Assembly (NCBI GenBank): GCA_018700535.1
Contig: JABITQ010000072.1
Span: 1-54,077, forward strand
Length of the DNA: 54,077 bases
DNA from: Candidatus Uhrbacteria bacterium
GTDB lineage: Bacteria; Patescibacteriota; Patescibacteriia; UBA9934; GWF2-40-263
Direction: 5' to 3'
Shown: positions 28,201 to 35,092 of the stretch, in pieces
Position numbering within the stretch: the stretch's first letter is position 1
Layout: each line of letters begins with the position of its first letter
Made by a program: the position numbers and the translations under genes
The notes under the pieces: model-generated
Databases searched by the model: none
Seen by the model: the letters and a program-made list of their open reading frames with translations, nothing else
What the model was told of the DNA's origin: nothing

Positions 28201-29798
28201 GCAGGATTGATTTCATTCGACTTGTCGTCGTCGACTTGCTCGTTTTTTAGAATCGCATCTATTCTTGCGGAGGCTTCTGTTTGAAAACTCACTCTCATGC
28301 TTTCTGTGCGAAGACTCTTCTCAACTTGAAGCCATTCATCAATGAGTTTTTCTGTTTCTGCTTCAATGGCTACCACACGTTCAGGGGAGAGGCTTAACAT
28401 CTCGTCCTTTTGGACGATCGAAAAATCGTCCATACCGAGCATTTGCTCTAATTGATGAACATCATCTTGGATCTTGTCATCGACGGCTGTGATTGATTCA
28501 GTGACAGTGTCTGGGGTTTGTGCTTTTACACCATCGAGCATTTCATTGATCTCTGCCAAGATATCATTGAGATAAAGTCGATTTATTATTTTTTCGCTTA
28601 ACAAAATTGGATCCTTAGGAGGATTTTCCGGATAAGTTTCTGTAAGGGTTCTAATTAGTCTGGAAAGCTTAATGTCAGCATCTTTCAGTTGTTGTACAGA
28701 TAGTTTTTCAAATTCACTTGTATTTTTTATTGCATGCAAAGGCCATTCAGTTTCAAGGGTTTTCAAAAGCCTCTGCACTCTTTCTAGCTCCAGCTTGTGT
28801 TCTGCTGGATTTTCATTTTCCAGCTGTTTTTCTTGGGTTTGCTCGGGTGAGAATCTTTGTCTGTCACCAGAGTTCACAACGGCATTGTGGATGTGCATTG
28901 GGAAAAAGTTTTCAAGAAGCTTTTCTTTTTCTTTCGGTGTTGATTCAATCTCTTCTGAAATTAATACAAGAAGTTTTTTGAGATCAACAAGATCTTCCAG
29001 CGACCAGCTATCAAGTTTTTGCAATTCCTCCAAGGTGCGGGAAATTAATGAAACTTTTACATCTAGGGAGGATCCTAGTTTTTCTAGATCCTCCAGCACC
29101 TCACGTTTTTGCTCTTGCAGCTCGACGTTAGAAGGATTTCCTTCTGGCACTCGTACAGCAAGAGGCTCCGCGGCTCCAAACACAGAAACAGCTTTATTGA
29201 TTCGAGTCTTGATTGTGTTGGCAAAGGCCGCTCGATCTGATACTGGCACCTGTTCAAAGTCGTACTTTATTTGATTCAGTATATTAACAAGGTCTTGTAG
29301 TTGGTCTGCAGACATGTGTCCAAGTCCATCTAGCTTCTTTTCAGTTGTGCCAAAAAGAACCCCTGCATCTTTTAGAGCAGATTGAAGATCTTGTAATTTT
29401 CCCCATGCTTCTGTTTGCTTCTTACGCTCACTTTCTGCATTCGCTGGAGATGTGGATTCTGGGGTAGTGGCTTGTGGGGGGAATGAGTTATCGGCCACTG
29501 TTGTGTCGATGATTTTTCTAGCGCTATTTACAAACGCACCTTTAGCTGCTTCCTTGTCTGCTTCAGGGATTGAATCAAATTCTACCAGTATTTTACCAAG
29601 TTCATGATGAAATGCGTCTAGCTCTTTTGCGGCCAGATCATCAAGAATGTCAATTTTGGTGTCGGCTGATATGGAAATAATACCTCTTTGAATCAAGGCT
29701 GCCCGAAGAGTCTTGACGTTCTCCCAAGCTTCATCTTGTATTCTGAGCCTTTCTTCCCTGGAAATTTTCCCCTCATGGCCTGGTGCATCTAAGTTCAT
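25218..29798 (-). CDS. giant acidic repeat protein (1526 aa) with two TM-like segments and a Thr/Pro-rich linker
   Basis: Uninterrupted 4.6-kb ORF. It has four N-terminal ~100-aa helical repeats, hydrophobic segments ALAGAGLGAAMSIFGVKII and ALGTLATFGGLATFAFG, a TTTTPATVTPPPKPTPTSTTTPTPS linker, and three C-terminal modules. Confidence 0.8.
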   Translation of the reverse strand: MNLDAPGHEGKISREERLRIQDEAWENVKTLRAALIQRGIISISADTKIDILDDLAAKELDAFHHELGKILVEFDSIPEADKEAAKGAFVNSARKIIDTTVADNSFPPQATTPESTSPANAESERKKQTEAWGKLQDLQSALKDAGVLFGTTEKKLDGLGHMSADQLQDLVNILNQIKYDFEQVPVSDRAAFANTIKTRINKAVSVFGAAEPLAVRVPEGNPSNVELQEQKREVLEDLEKLGSSLDVKVSLISRTLEELQKLDSWSLEDLVDLKKLLVLISEEIESTPKEKEKLLENFFPMHIHNAVVNSGDRQRFSPEQTQEKQLENENPAEHKLELERVQRLLKTLETEWPLHAIKNTSEFEKLSVQQLKDADIKLSRLIRTLTETYPENPPKDPILLSEKIINRLYLNDILAEINEMLDGVKAQTPDTVTESITAVDDKIQDDVHQLEQMLGMDDFSIVQKDEMLSLSPERVVAIEAETEKLIDEWLQVEKSLRTESMRVSFQTEASARIDAILKNEQVDDDKSNEINPAVSTESVQVENDEEQSDSEPVEQSGFKESLGRHAEQFKRRFTGELRTEEKEDYEATGVDTAKALAGAGLGAAMSIFGVKIIPDAIQYGFQRRYTNKERASILDALKAAEKEPKLSGHELLIEKQRVIAERIQQSEFLTETKKAKLIGKIEGIINKYEQDLEDLEEKRNKEIIEVLKKSIETRIKETEVLKQGINTLFKVTGLEVYRLASFSAVSLFERHRKVSKEIEEGERPDAYWNEMIVSGIHEKINEFEGGGAKTIWGRNISRIKALGTLATFGGLATFAFGDDVGDIAPGKHVEGLKKSLTEALEAADDRYPSNPVVRFFTDLFNSKEEAVATPDSSTTTTPATVTPPPKPTPTSTTTPTPSTAETSTPAPVASVDGGAVAATTEPGAETGAAASAESSAPVETPIIEVSQEITVSADRDHNSITALLRNQYMEDPKSFGYTGDDTGVKDWALDKAVQTARDAGAIREDGDTRLDTDAIGKIAVHATKDGGIQLVDTATGEAMTFAEAEEQGLTYESGSRIGSITERSIASDPTPHSAGIDKLMLGKGVEVDFEHGPDSTVTGAEITGMDLNAAELKQVDAMMASSSLDSDLKAEIAHDIEVVKQAVLRIEAYERTLHALEDNDLGDSAEAHLVRREMLDEIARIGEQGNEELASLSTETLADIKADVEASESDVKIKVKGLGRIKFDYDGSHTPSINLDDEIAKAPPSFATASQELLDDNWEEDSFNGIDDRKDSIKETAMRIFIYEKALRSAQIIENPTSGEAVLLRRLLAAELRSGNAEYLDRAHNVIKHAAETSGIILVNTAAPEAPVDTGGGGVVAVNNGEPTEQTSDSDAGKTRYQDGEKLGRFANRHGRVRFHYNLKGEVTNVNMARFDHWQYEEQALSARGITSNEIYRGYKMVGGYPDTTNTVTQVVFDSDGYNAQHTANDMRKDLVNTLGETEAFRTMLVDMQNEELRHTPEYGQILRKIESNELFIEKELADINLQREA

Positions 29799-30115
29799 AG
29801 AGTTTCAATATGATCGCGAATTTGATCGATTTTTTGTTCGCGCATGACTTCGTCTGTGGCTTTTGTGATCTCGGTCATCTCTTTGTTGTTTAGAGATTCC
29901 TTCTTTGCGTTGAAGTCTTCTGTGATGTCGTTGAGGGTGTTAAGGAGTTTGTCTACGAGCTCGATGTCTTTGTCCTCCCAATCCAAAAGAAGTTTCTCTA
30001 TCTCAGCTTGTTGCTCGGGGCTTGGGGAGAGTGCAAGCATGTCGATTACCATCAGCTTTGTTTCGCGATCAAGTGATCCATTTTTGAGAATGTCTGTAAT
30101 GCGAACCCAATCCAT
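29795..30115 (-). CDS. small helical protein (106 aa), paralog of the upstream gene
   Basis: 4-nt overlap with the giant gene. Carries the SPSPEQQAEIEKLLLDW module followed by a coiled-coil tail. Confidence 0.65.
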   Translation of the reverse strand: MDWVRITDILKNGSLDRETKLMVIDMLALSPSPEQQAEIEKLLLDWEDKDIELVDKLLNTLNDITEDFNAKKESLNNKEMTEITKATDEVMREQKIDQIRDHIETL

Positions 30116-30116
30116 A

Positions 30117-30440
30117 CTATTGCTCTAGCTGATTAAGAATGTCTTCTACTTCATCAAGCTCTGCCATTGTTTGAGCCTCAAGATCTTTTCGCTCTTTTGT
30201 GTAGGCATCATTTGCAAGCTCAATACTTTTTACAAACTCTCGCGCTTCAATCTCAGGGGCACCTGCGACATTTTTTTCTAAAATTGCGATGAGCATGTCT
30301 ATCTGCTCTGGTGTCATGTCGGGGATAAGCGAAACAAAAGCTTGCTTAACGTCATCAGGTAATGATGCAGTATGCAAAAGAAGGCCAATACGATTTCCAA
30401 TCACTTTGGCTTGCTCTTCAGGTGTTGGTTGGTCAGTCAT
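30117..30440 (-). CDS. small helical protein (107 aa), first gene of the giant-protein operon
   Basis: Carries the LIPDMTPEQIDMLIAILEK module plus a coiled-coil tail. A TATACT -10-like element lies upstream. Confidence 0.65.
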   Translation of the reverse strand: MTDQPTPEEQAKVIGNRIGLLLHTASLPDDVKQAFVSLIPDMTPEQIDMLIAILEKNVAGAPEIEAREFVKSIELANDAYTKERKDLEAQTMAELDEVEDILNQLEQ

Positions 30441-30480
30441 AGTATGTATGGTATTTTCCTTTAGTATAACACTTTCTTTT

Positions 30481-31392
30481 ATGACAAATGTGGATTACCC
30501 GTACATGCCAGAAGGACGAGAGTTAAAGTTTGTTTCGGTGGAGGATTCTTTTATGCAAGAGGCTGCAAAAGCTCGTGGTGAGCGCGCTGGAGATCCGCTT
30601 TGGCCCATTGGTGCCGTCTTGGTAAAGGATGGGGAAGTTGTTGCTACAGCAGGGAACGGCTTTGATAAAGGGGCCGGCCGGGTGCATGTGTGTCCGCGGA
30701 TTGTGGAGGAGTGCGCGAGTGGTGTTGGATACGAGTTGTGCGACTTACACAATGCAGCAGGGCACGCCGAGCCAATGGTGATTAAGGTTGCGCGTGACGC
30801 CGGTGTAGAGACGGAGGGCGCAGACTTTTATATGTACGGTCATTGGTGGTGCTGCGAGCCTTGCTGGAATGTGTTGATCGATGCGGGGGTGCGAGATGTA
30901 TATGTGGTCGACGATGCGCATGAGCGTTTTAGTCGAGATAGGGTATATGCAGAAACGTTGAAATCGACGGTGAAGAGCGCGTACATTGCAGGGCCGATTA
31001 CAAACGTTGTCGACTTTGAATCTCAGAAGAAATTTTACGAAGCGATTGGGGAGGTGTGTGAATCAATGGGGTGCAAAGCAAGGATCCCGCATCGCGACAA
31101 TGTTGTGAATGAAATCTTTGATGGTGGTAATTGTGAGCAGGTGTATGAGTGGGCGACTAATGAGGCACATGTAAACGATGTTGTGGTGGCAGAGGTGAGT
31201 GATCCATCACTTGGAACGGGTGGGGAACTGGTCGAGGCTGTGTATGCAAAAAGGCCTATTGTGCTGCTTTCAAAAGTTGGGTCTAAGGTTTCTCGGTTTG
31301 TTCTTGGGAATCCAGCGGTGGTGTATCACATCGAGTACGAGAATCAGGAGGATGTTTGTCGAAAATTGAAGAATGTTTTGAAGCAGTTGTAA
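30481..31392 (+). CDS. dCMP/cytidine deaminase domain fused to a nucleoside 2-deoxyribosyltransferase-like domain
   Basis: N-terminal zinc motifs GHAE and CEPC. The C-terminal Rossmann-like half has YIAGPI and GTGGELVEAVYAKRPIVLL. The ATG at 30481 is preferred; the track start at 30289 overlaps the divergent gene. Confidence 0.75.
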   Translation: MTNVDYPYMPEGRELKFVSVEDSFMQEAAKARGERAGDPLWPIGAVLVKDGEVVATAGNGFDKGAGRVHVCPRIVEECASGVGYELCDLHNAAGHAEPMVIKVARDAGVETEGADFYMYGHWWCCEPCWNVLIDAGVRDVYVVDDAHERFSRDRVYAETLKSTVKSAYIAGPITNVVDFESQKKFYEAIGEVCESMGCKARIPHRDNVVNEIFDGGNCEQVYEWATNEAHVNDVVVAEVSDPSLGTGGELVEAVYAKRPIVLLSKVGSKVSRFVLGNPAVVYHIEYENQEDVCRKLKNVLKQL

Positions 31393-31398
31393 AAATAA

Positions 31399-31442
31399 AC
31401 ACCACACTTAGGCGACGATCGTCACCTAAGTGTGGTGTTTTA
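31399..31442 (+). terminator. intrinsic terminator
   Basis: 14-bp stem ACACCACACTTAGG..CCTAAGTGTGGTGT followed by TTTT. Confidence 0.75.
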
Positions 31443-31585
31443 AGAGAGTGTTCAATAAGATTCATTTGTCTTATTGAATACAGGTAATCAAAAACAGCCT
31501 GTTTATAGCTGTTTTTTTGGTTTTGCGACAACCACCCCTAACCCTTCCTTCCCTGTACTTAAAAGGAGGGGGATCGGAATGGTGA

Positions 31586-32242
31586 TTATGCTTTGTAGTT
31601 TTCTTTTAGTTCATCTAGCTTTCCGTTCACCAGCAATTCTCGCTCTTCATCTTTGTCGAGCTTGAATCCTTGTGAGCCACTCTCTGAATATTTGGCAGCA
31701 GAGACTCCGTGGAGGTTTGCTTCCTCGGGGGTGAGGGTGTCGTCTAGTTTTTGGAAGATGACTTGGCAGACGCGCTCGCCGGGGTAGATGCGGAGTACTT
31801 GGTCGCCGGCTTCGTTTTTCATTGGGAAGATCAGGTTGCCTTTGTAGCCTGTGTCGATGATACCTGAGAGCGAGAGGTTGATCCCGCGGCGGTTGGTGCT
31901 GGTGCGCGGGAAGAGGATTGCCATGAGGTTCATGGCGTTGACCTCGATGCGCTCAAGACTTGTTCCGATCACAAACTCGTTTGGGAGCAGATCGAAATAC
32001 TGTCCGGGTTGGAGATGGATCTCGTCGAATTGTTCGCGGTGTACATCAATGTCATCGATTGAGACTTTGATGGCGCGCCGTCCTTTCTCGTCTACGGTCC
32101 AGTTGCGGGGGATAAGGAATTTGTAGCCGAGGCGTAGGTCGACGGCGTGGGGCTGCATTTGGAACTTGTCCACAGCAGGGGTGAAGCGTAAATCACCAGA
32201 AGTGATGGATTCTTGGATTTGTTTGCGGGTAAGTACAGACAT
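31586..32242 (-). CDS. dcd: dCTP deaminase / dUTPase-superfamily protein
   Basis: The Dcd-like N-terminus (LTRKQIQESI) and the GIIDTGYKGNLIFPMKN and GERVCQVIF motifs are present. Start is ATG 32242 (alternatives 32251 and 32272). It has a charged C-terminal extension. Confidence 0.85.
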   Translation of the reverse strand: MSVLTRKQIQESITSGDLRFTPAVDKFQMQPHAVDLRLGYKFLIPRNWTVDEKGRRAIKVSIDDIDVHREQFDEIHLQPGQYFDLLPNEFVIGTSLERIEVNAMNLMAILFPRTSTNRRGINLSLSGIIDTGYKGNLIFPMKNEAGDQVLRIYPGERVCQVIFQKLDDTLTPEEANLHGVSAAKYSESGSQGFKLDKDEERELLVNGKLDELKENYKA

Positions 32243-32287
32243 AGTGGTCATAGCCTGACACAAATTTGGCAATCAGAAAACCCCATC

Positions 32288-32803
32288 TTAGACAGATAGG
32301 GCTTGGCGTTGCAGAATGCCGAGCTGTTGCTTGAGTGCAGCAAAGTCATCGGTTTGCAGATTCTTGTGATGGCCGCGTTGCTCGTGGAGCATTCGAACCA
32401 CCAGTGCTGCTTCAGGAAGCTTGTTCAGGCGCATGGCTGTGAAGACCAGGACGAACAAGGTCTCGGTGGGGATTGAGATGGGGGCATGCATCTCGAGGAG
32501 TCGTTCCCCAACCAGATAGATGTCGTTGAGTAGATTCCAGGCGCCATCGAGATCTCCCACCACCTGCATTGCCCAGCCGCCATGGCCATACTGGTTCATC
32601 TCGTTTGCGCCATGTAGAAACGTCGGCTCATCTAAGAGGATATGAACAGCGAGCCCAAGGTCGTCATCTGAGACTTCTGAGATCTCTGAAGATCTTCCGC
32701 GCCTTCTCATTACTGAGGCGAGAGCTGTGTTGCGGACGCGGTATTTGAGTATGGCTGTTTTGATTACCCATCTTGTTGGTGGGTGTGTGGCAAGGTTGAT
32801 CAT
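32288..32803 (-). CDS. orphan hypothetical protein (171 aa)
   Basis: AGGAGG lies 5 nt upstream of the ATG at 32803, with its own TTGACA promoter. GC looks higher than in the neighbours. No family recognised. Confidence 0.65.
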   Translation of the reverse strand: MINLATHPPTRWVIKTAILKYRVRNTALASVMRRRGRSSEISEVSDDDLGLAVHILLDEPTFLHGANEMNQYGHGGWAMQVVGDLDGAWNLLNDIYLVGERLLEMHAPISIPTETLFVLVFTAMRLNKLPEAALVVRMLHEQRGHHKNLQTDDFAALKQQLGILQRQALSV

Positions 32804-32823
32804 GAATGCCTCCTGCTTGCAGA

Positions 32824-32852
32824 AGGCTATTAATAATTTAGGTTTGTGTCAA
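32824..32852 (-). promoter_or_regulatory. sigma70-like promoter (TTGACA-17-TAGCCT)
   Basis: The -35 at 32847-32852 directly follows the U-run of the rplA terminator (TTTTTGGTTGACAC). Confidence 0.4.
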
Positions 32853-32890
32853 CCAAAAACACTCGCCCGAAGGCGAGTGTTCTTTTTTTG
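32853..32890 (-). terminator. intrinsic terminator of rplKA
   Basis: CACTCGCC-TTCG-GGCGAGTG hairpin plus TTTTT on the minus strand. Confidence 0.75.
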
Positions 32891-32894
32891 TTTG

Positions 32895-33575
32895 TTACGC
32901 GATGTCTACCTTGATTGCAGGTCCGAGTGTTGTACACACGGTTGCGCTCTTGATAAAGATGCCCTTTGTTGTTGCTGGTCGAAGACGTTTGATTTGTTCA
33001 ACCAATGCCTCGAGGTTTTCTTGTAGCTGAGCTTCTGTAAAAGATGCGCGGCCAAATATCTGGTGGATGTTTCCATCCTTGTCATTTTTAAATGACTCTT
33101 TTCCAGCCTTCTGCTCTTGGATCATCTTTGTGACGTTTTGACCAACAGTGTCAGTCTTTGGGTTTGGCATAAGTCCACGTGGCCCGAGCAAACGCGCGAG
33201 CTTTGCGATCTTAGGCATCATGAGTGGTGTGGCAATAGCGACATCAAAGTCGATCTTTCCTTTTTGCGCCATCTCAGCAATGTATTCTTCATTACCGACA
33301 ATGTCAGCACCAGCCTCTTTTGCCTCTGCCTCTTTTTCAGCCTCTACGAATGCTGCAACACGCTTTGTCTTTCCAGTTCCGTGTGGAAGCGCAATTGTTC
33401 CACGCACTTGCTGATCAGACTTTGTTGGATTGATTCCGAGGCGAAGATGAAGTTCAACCCCTTCGTCATACTTAGCTGTTGCTGTTTTCTTGCTGAGCTC
33501 CATAGCTGCACCAATGGTGTAGGTCTGGTTTTCGTCAACGAGAGCCTTTACTGCTAGATATCGTTTACTTGGCAT
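32895..33575 (-). CDS. rplA: 50S ribosomal protein L1
   Basis: Recognisable L1 sequence (GINPTKSDQQVRGTIALPHGTGK). The ATG at 33575 (MPSKRY) is preferred over the track start. Confidence 0.93.
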   Translation of the reverse strand: MPSKRYLAVKALVDENQTYTIGAAMELSKKTATAKYDEGVELHLRLGINPTKSDQQVRGTIALPHGTGKTKRVAAFVEAEKEAEAKEAGADIVGNEEYIAEMAQKGKIDFDVAIATPLMMPKIAKLARLLGPRGLMPNPKTDTVGQNVTKMIQEQKAGKESFKNDKDGNIHQIFGRASFTEAQLQENLEALVEQIKRLRPATTKGIFIKSATVCTTLGPAIKVDIA

Positions 33576-33629
33576 AGTGGTTCGGTCGATCAATTTCTTG
33601 ATCTCCCACATTAGGTTATTGAATAGTGT

Positions 33630-34055
33630 TTAGCCTTTGATCTCAACTCCCATCTGCTTTGCTGTTCCTGCAATGATCTTCATTGCTTGCTCAACATCGT
33701 TTGTGTTGAGATCTGGCATTTTCTTTTCTGCAATCTCTTGAAGTTGCGCACGAGTCAAGCGTCCTACCTTTGTGGTAAGTGGGTTACCAGAACCCTTCTT
33801 GATTTTTGCAAACTTCTTGATCATGTCAGAAGCAGGTGCAGTCTTGGTGATAAAGTCGAATGAACGATCGTCATAGACGTTAATGATCACCGGTACAATT
33901 TCTCCGCGACGGTCCTGTGTTGCAGAGTTGAATTGGTTTACAAAGTCTCCAATAGGGAGTCCGTGCTGACCAAGAGCTGGTCCGATTGGTGGGGCAGGTG
34001 TAGCCGCTCCTCCAGAGATTTGCAGCTTGATCTGCGTCATGAGTTTCTTTGCCAT
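33630..34055 (-). CDS. rplK: 50S ribosomal protein L11
   Basis: Recognisable L11 sequence ([18 protein letters not shown]). Confidence 0.95.
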   Translation of the reverse strand: MAKKLMTQIKLQISGGAATPAPPIGPALGQHGLPIGDFVNQFNSATQDRRGEIVPVIINVYDDRSFDFITKTAPASDMIKKFAKIKKGSGNPLTTKVGRLTRAQLQEIAEKKMPDLNTNDVEQAMKIIAGTAKQMGVEIKG

Positions 34056-34082
34056 AGTGTTTATAGTGGATTCTCGTATTTA

Positions 34083-34125
34083 GCGAGTGACCACACCACA
34101 GTCGCTCGCGCGCAACGTGGCAGGG
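34083..34125 (-). repeat. GC-rich motif copy upstream of rplK (hairpin plus GCCACGTTGCGCGCGAGCGAC)
   Basis: The + strand GTCGCTCGCGCGCAACGTGGCAGGG (34101-34125) matches 35008-35033 at about 22 of 25 positions. GCGAGTGAC/GTCGCTCGC forms a 9-bp hairpin (34083-34109). Confidence 0.6.
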
Positions 34126-34152
34126 CTAGATAATTAGTGGCGAGACAATAGC

Positions 34153-34698
34153 TTAAACTTTCTTAACTTGCAAGAAGTCCAACTCGACTGGGGTTTCGCG
34201 TCCAAACACAGATACGAGAACCTTGATCTTGCCGCGCTCTGGGTCAATTTCTGAAACTTTACCTTCCTGTCCTTTAAACGGACCATCAGTAATTTGAACA
34301 GGTGAGCCTTTCTCGACGTCGAGAGCATATTCTGGCTCATCAACTCCCATACGTTTCTGAAGTGCTTCGATTTCTGCTGGAGCGATTGGTGTCGGAATGG
34401 TTCCTGTTCCAATAAACCCAGTAACGTTTGGTGTGTTACGCACCACGTACCAAGAGTCATCTGTTACAACCATCTCTACAAGTACGTAACCAGGAAAGAT
34501 TTTCTCTTCGATGGTTTTGCGCTTTCCGTTTTTGATTTTGATCTTCTTTTCTTTTGGAACGAGAACACCAAAAATTTTCCCTTCCATGTCCATGGTCTCA
34601 ATACGCTGTTGTAGGTTTTGCATCACGTTCTCCTCGTATCCCGAGTAGGTGTGAATTGCATACCAGCGTCGACCAAAGTTAGCTGTTTGTTTTGCCAT
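34153..34698 (-). CDS. nusG: transcription antitermination factor NusG
   Basis: NGN domain (RWYAIHTYSGYE) and a KOW motif near the C-terminus. Lies in the conserved secE-nusG-rplKA order. Confidence 0.93.
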   Translation of the reverse strand: MAKQTANFGRRWYAIHTYSGYEENVMQNLQQRIETMDMEGKIFGVLVPKEKKIKIKNGKRKTIEEKIFPGYVLVEMVVTDDSWYVVRNTPNVTGFIGTGTIPTPIAPAEIEALQKRMGVDEPEYALDVEKGSPVQITDGPFKGQEGKVSEIDPERGKIKVLVSVFGRETPVELDFLQVKKV

Positions 34699-34702
34699 AC
34701 TT

Positions 34703-34927
34703 TTATGAAGTAATGGAGATCAGCCAGTCGAGCCCCTCGTTGAGGAGCCAGTCAAGGCCACCGAAGAATCCGGCGATGAATAAGCTTAGTACAATAACAA
34801 TGAGTGAGTACTTTGTCGTAACCTGATTCGTCGGCCATGACACCTTTTTCATCTCTTCGCGAGACTCTTTAACATAACGAAAGAGCCACAAGATCGGATT
34901 CGCCTTTTTTTCTGTTGTTGGTTGCAT
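34703..34927 (-). CDS. secE: preprotein translocase subunit SecE
   Basis: 74-aa product from ATG 34927. Contains EMKKVSWPT followed by a single TM helix, in the conserved position upstream of nusG. Confidence 0.8.
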   Translation of the reverse strand: MQPTTEKKANPILWLFRYVKESREEMKKVSWPTNQVTTKYSLIVIVLSLFIAGFFGGLDWLLNEGLDWLISITS

Positions 34928-34973
34928 AAAATTGAGTATTTTAAAAAAGGCCTGTTGGGCCCATTCGTCTGTG

Positions 34974-35002
34974 ACTATAGGGGATATTGAGGTTTTTGGC
35001 AA
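34974..35002 (-). promoter_or_regulatory. sigma70-like promoter (TTGCCA-17-TATAGT) of secE-nusG
   Basis: The -35 is at 34997-35002 and the -10 at 34974-34979 on the minus strand. Confidence 0.5.
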
Positions 35003-35028
35003 GCCACGTCGCTCGCGAGCGACGTGGC
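35003..35028. repeat. perfect 26-nt palindrome GCCACGTCGCTCGCGAGCGACGTGGC abutting the secE promoter
   Basis: Read directly from the sequence. It is flanked by two TTGCCA hexamers and is related to the motif at 34101-34125. Confidence 0.85.
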
Positions 35029-35043
35029 AAGGGGGCTGGTGCA

Positions 35044-35079
35044 TAAAACTAAAAGCGACAGAACCGTATGTTCTGTCGC
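35044..35079 (-). terminator. intrinsic terminator of the 35093-35887 gene
   Basis: GCGACAGAAC-ATACG-GTTCTGTCGC hairpin followed by TTTTAGTTTTAT on the minus strand. Confidence 0.75.
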
Positions 35080-35092
35080 GAGCGCTTGAGAG

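Noticed and set aside
28672-29274. 200-aa Ser/Cys/Phe-rich + strand ORF inside the giant gene, along with the many 60-140-aa antisense ORFs in pheT, dnaE, thrS, gyrB and other genes
   Set aside because: These are low-complexity antisense frames fully embedded in well-supported long genes.
31536-31545. Telomere-like CCCTAACCCT, and a G-run string on the opposite strand (near-G-quadruplex)
   Set aside because: It is a single 1.5-unit occurrence, and only three G-runs reach 3 or more. This is most likely chance within a terminator-rich intergenic region.
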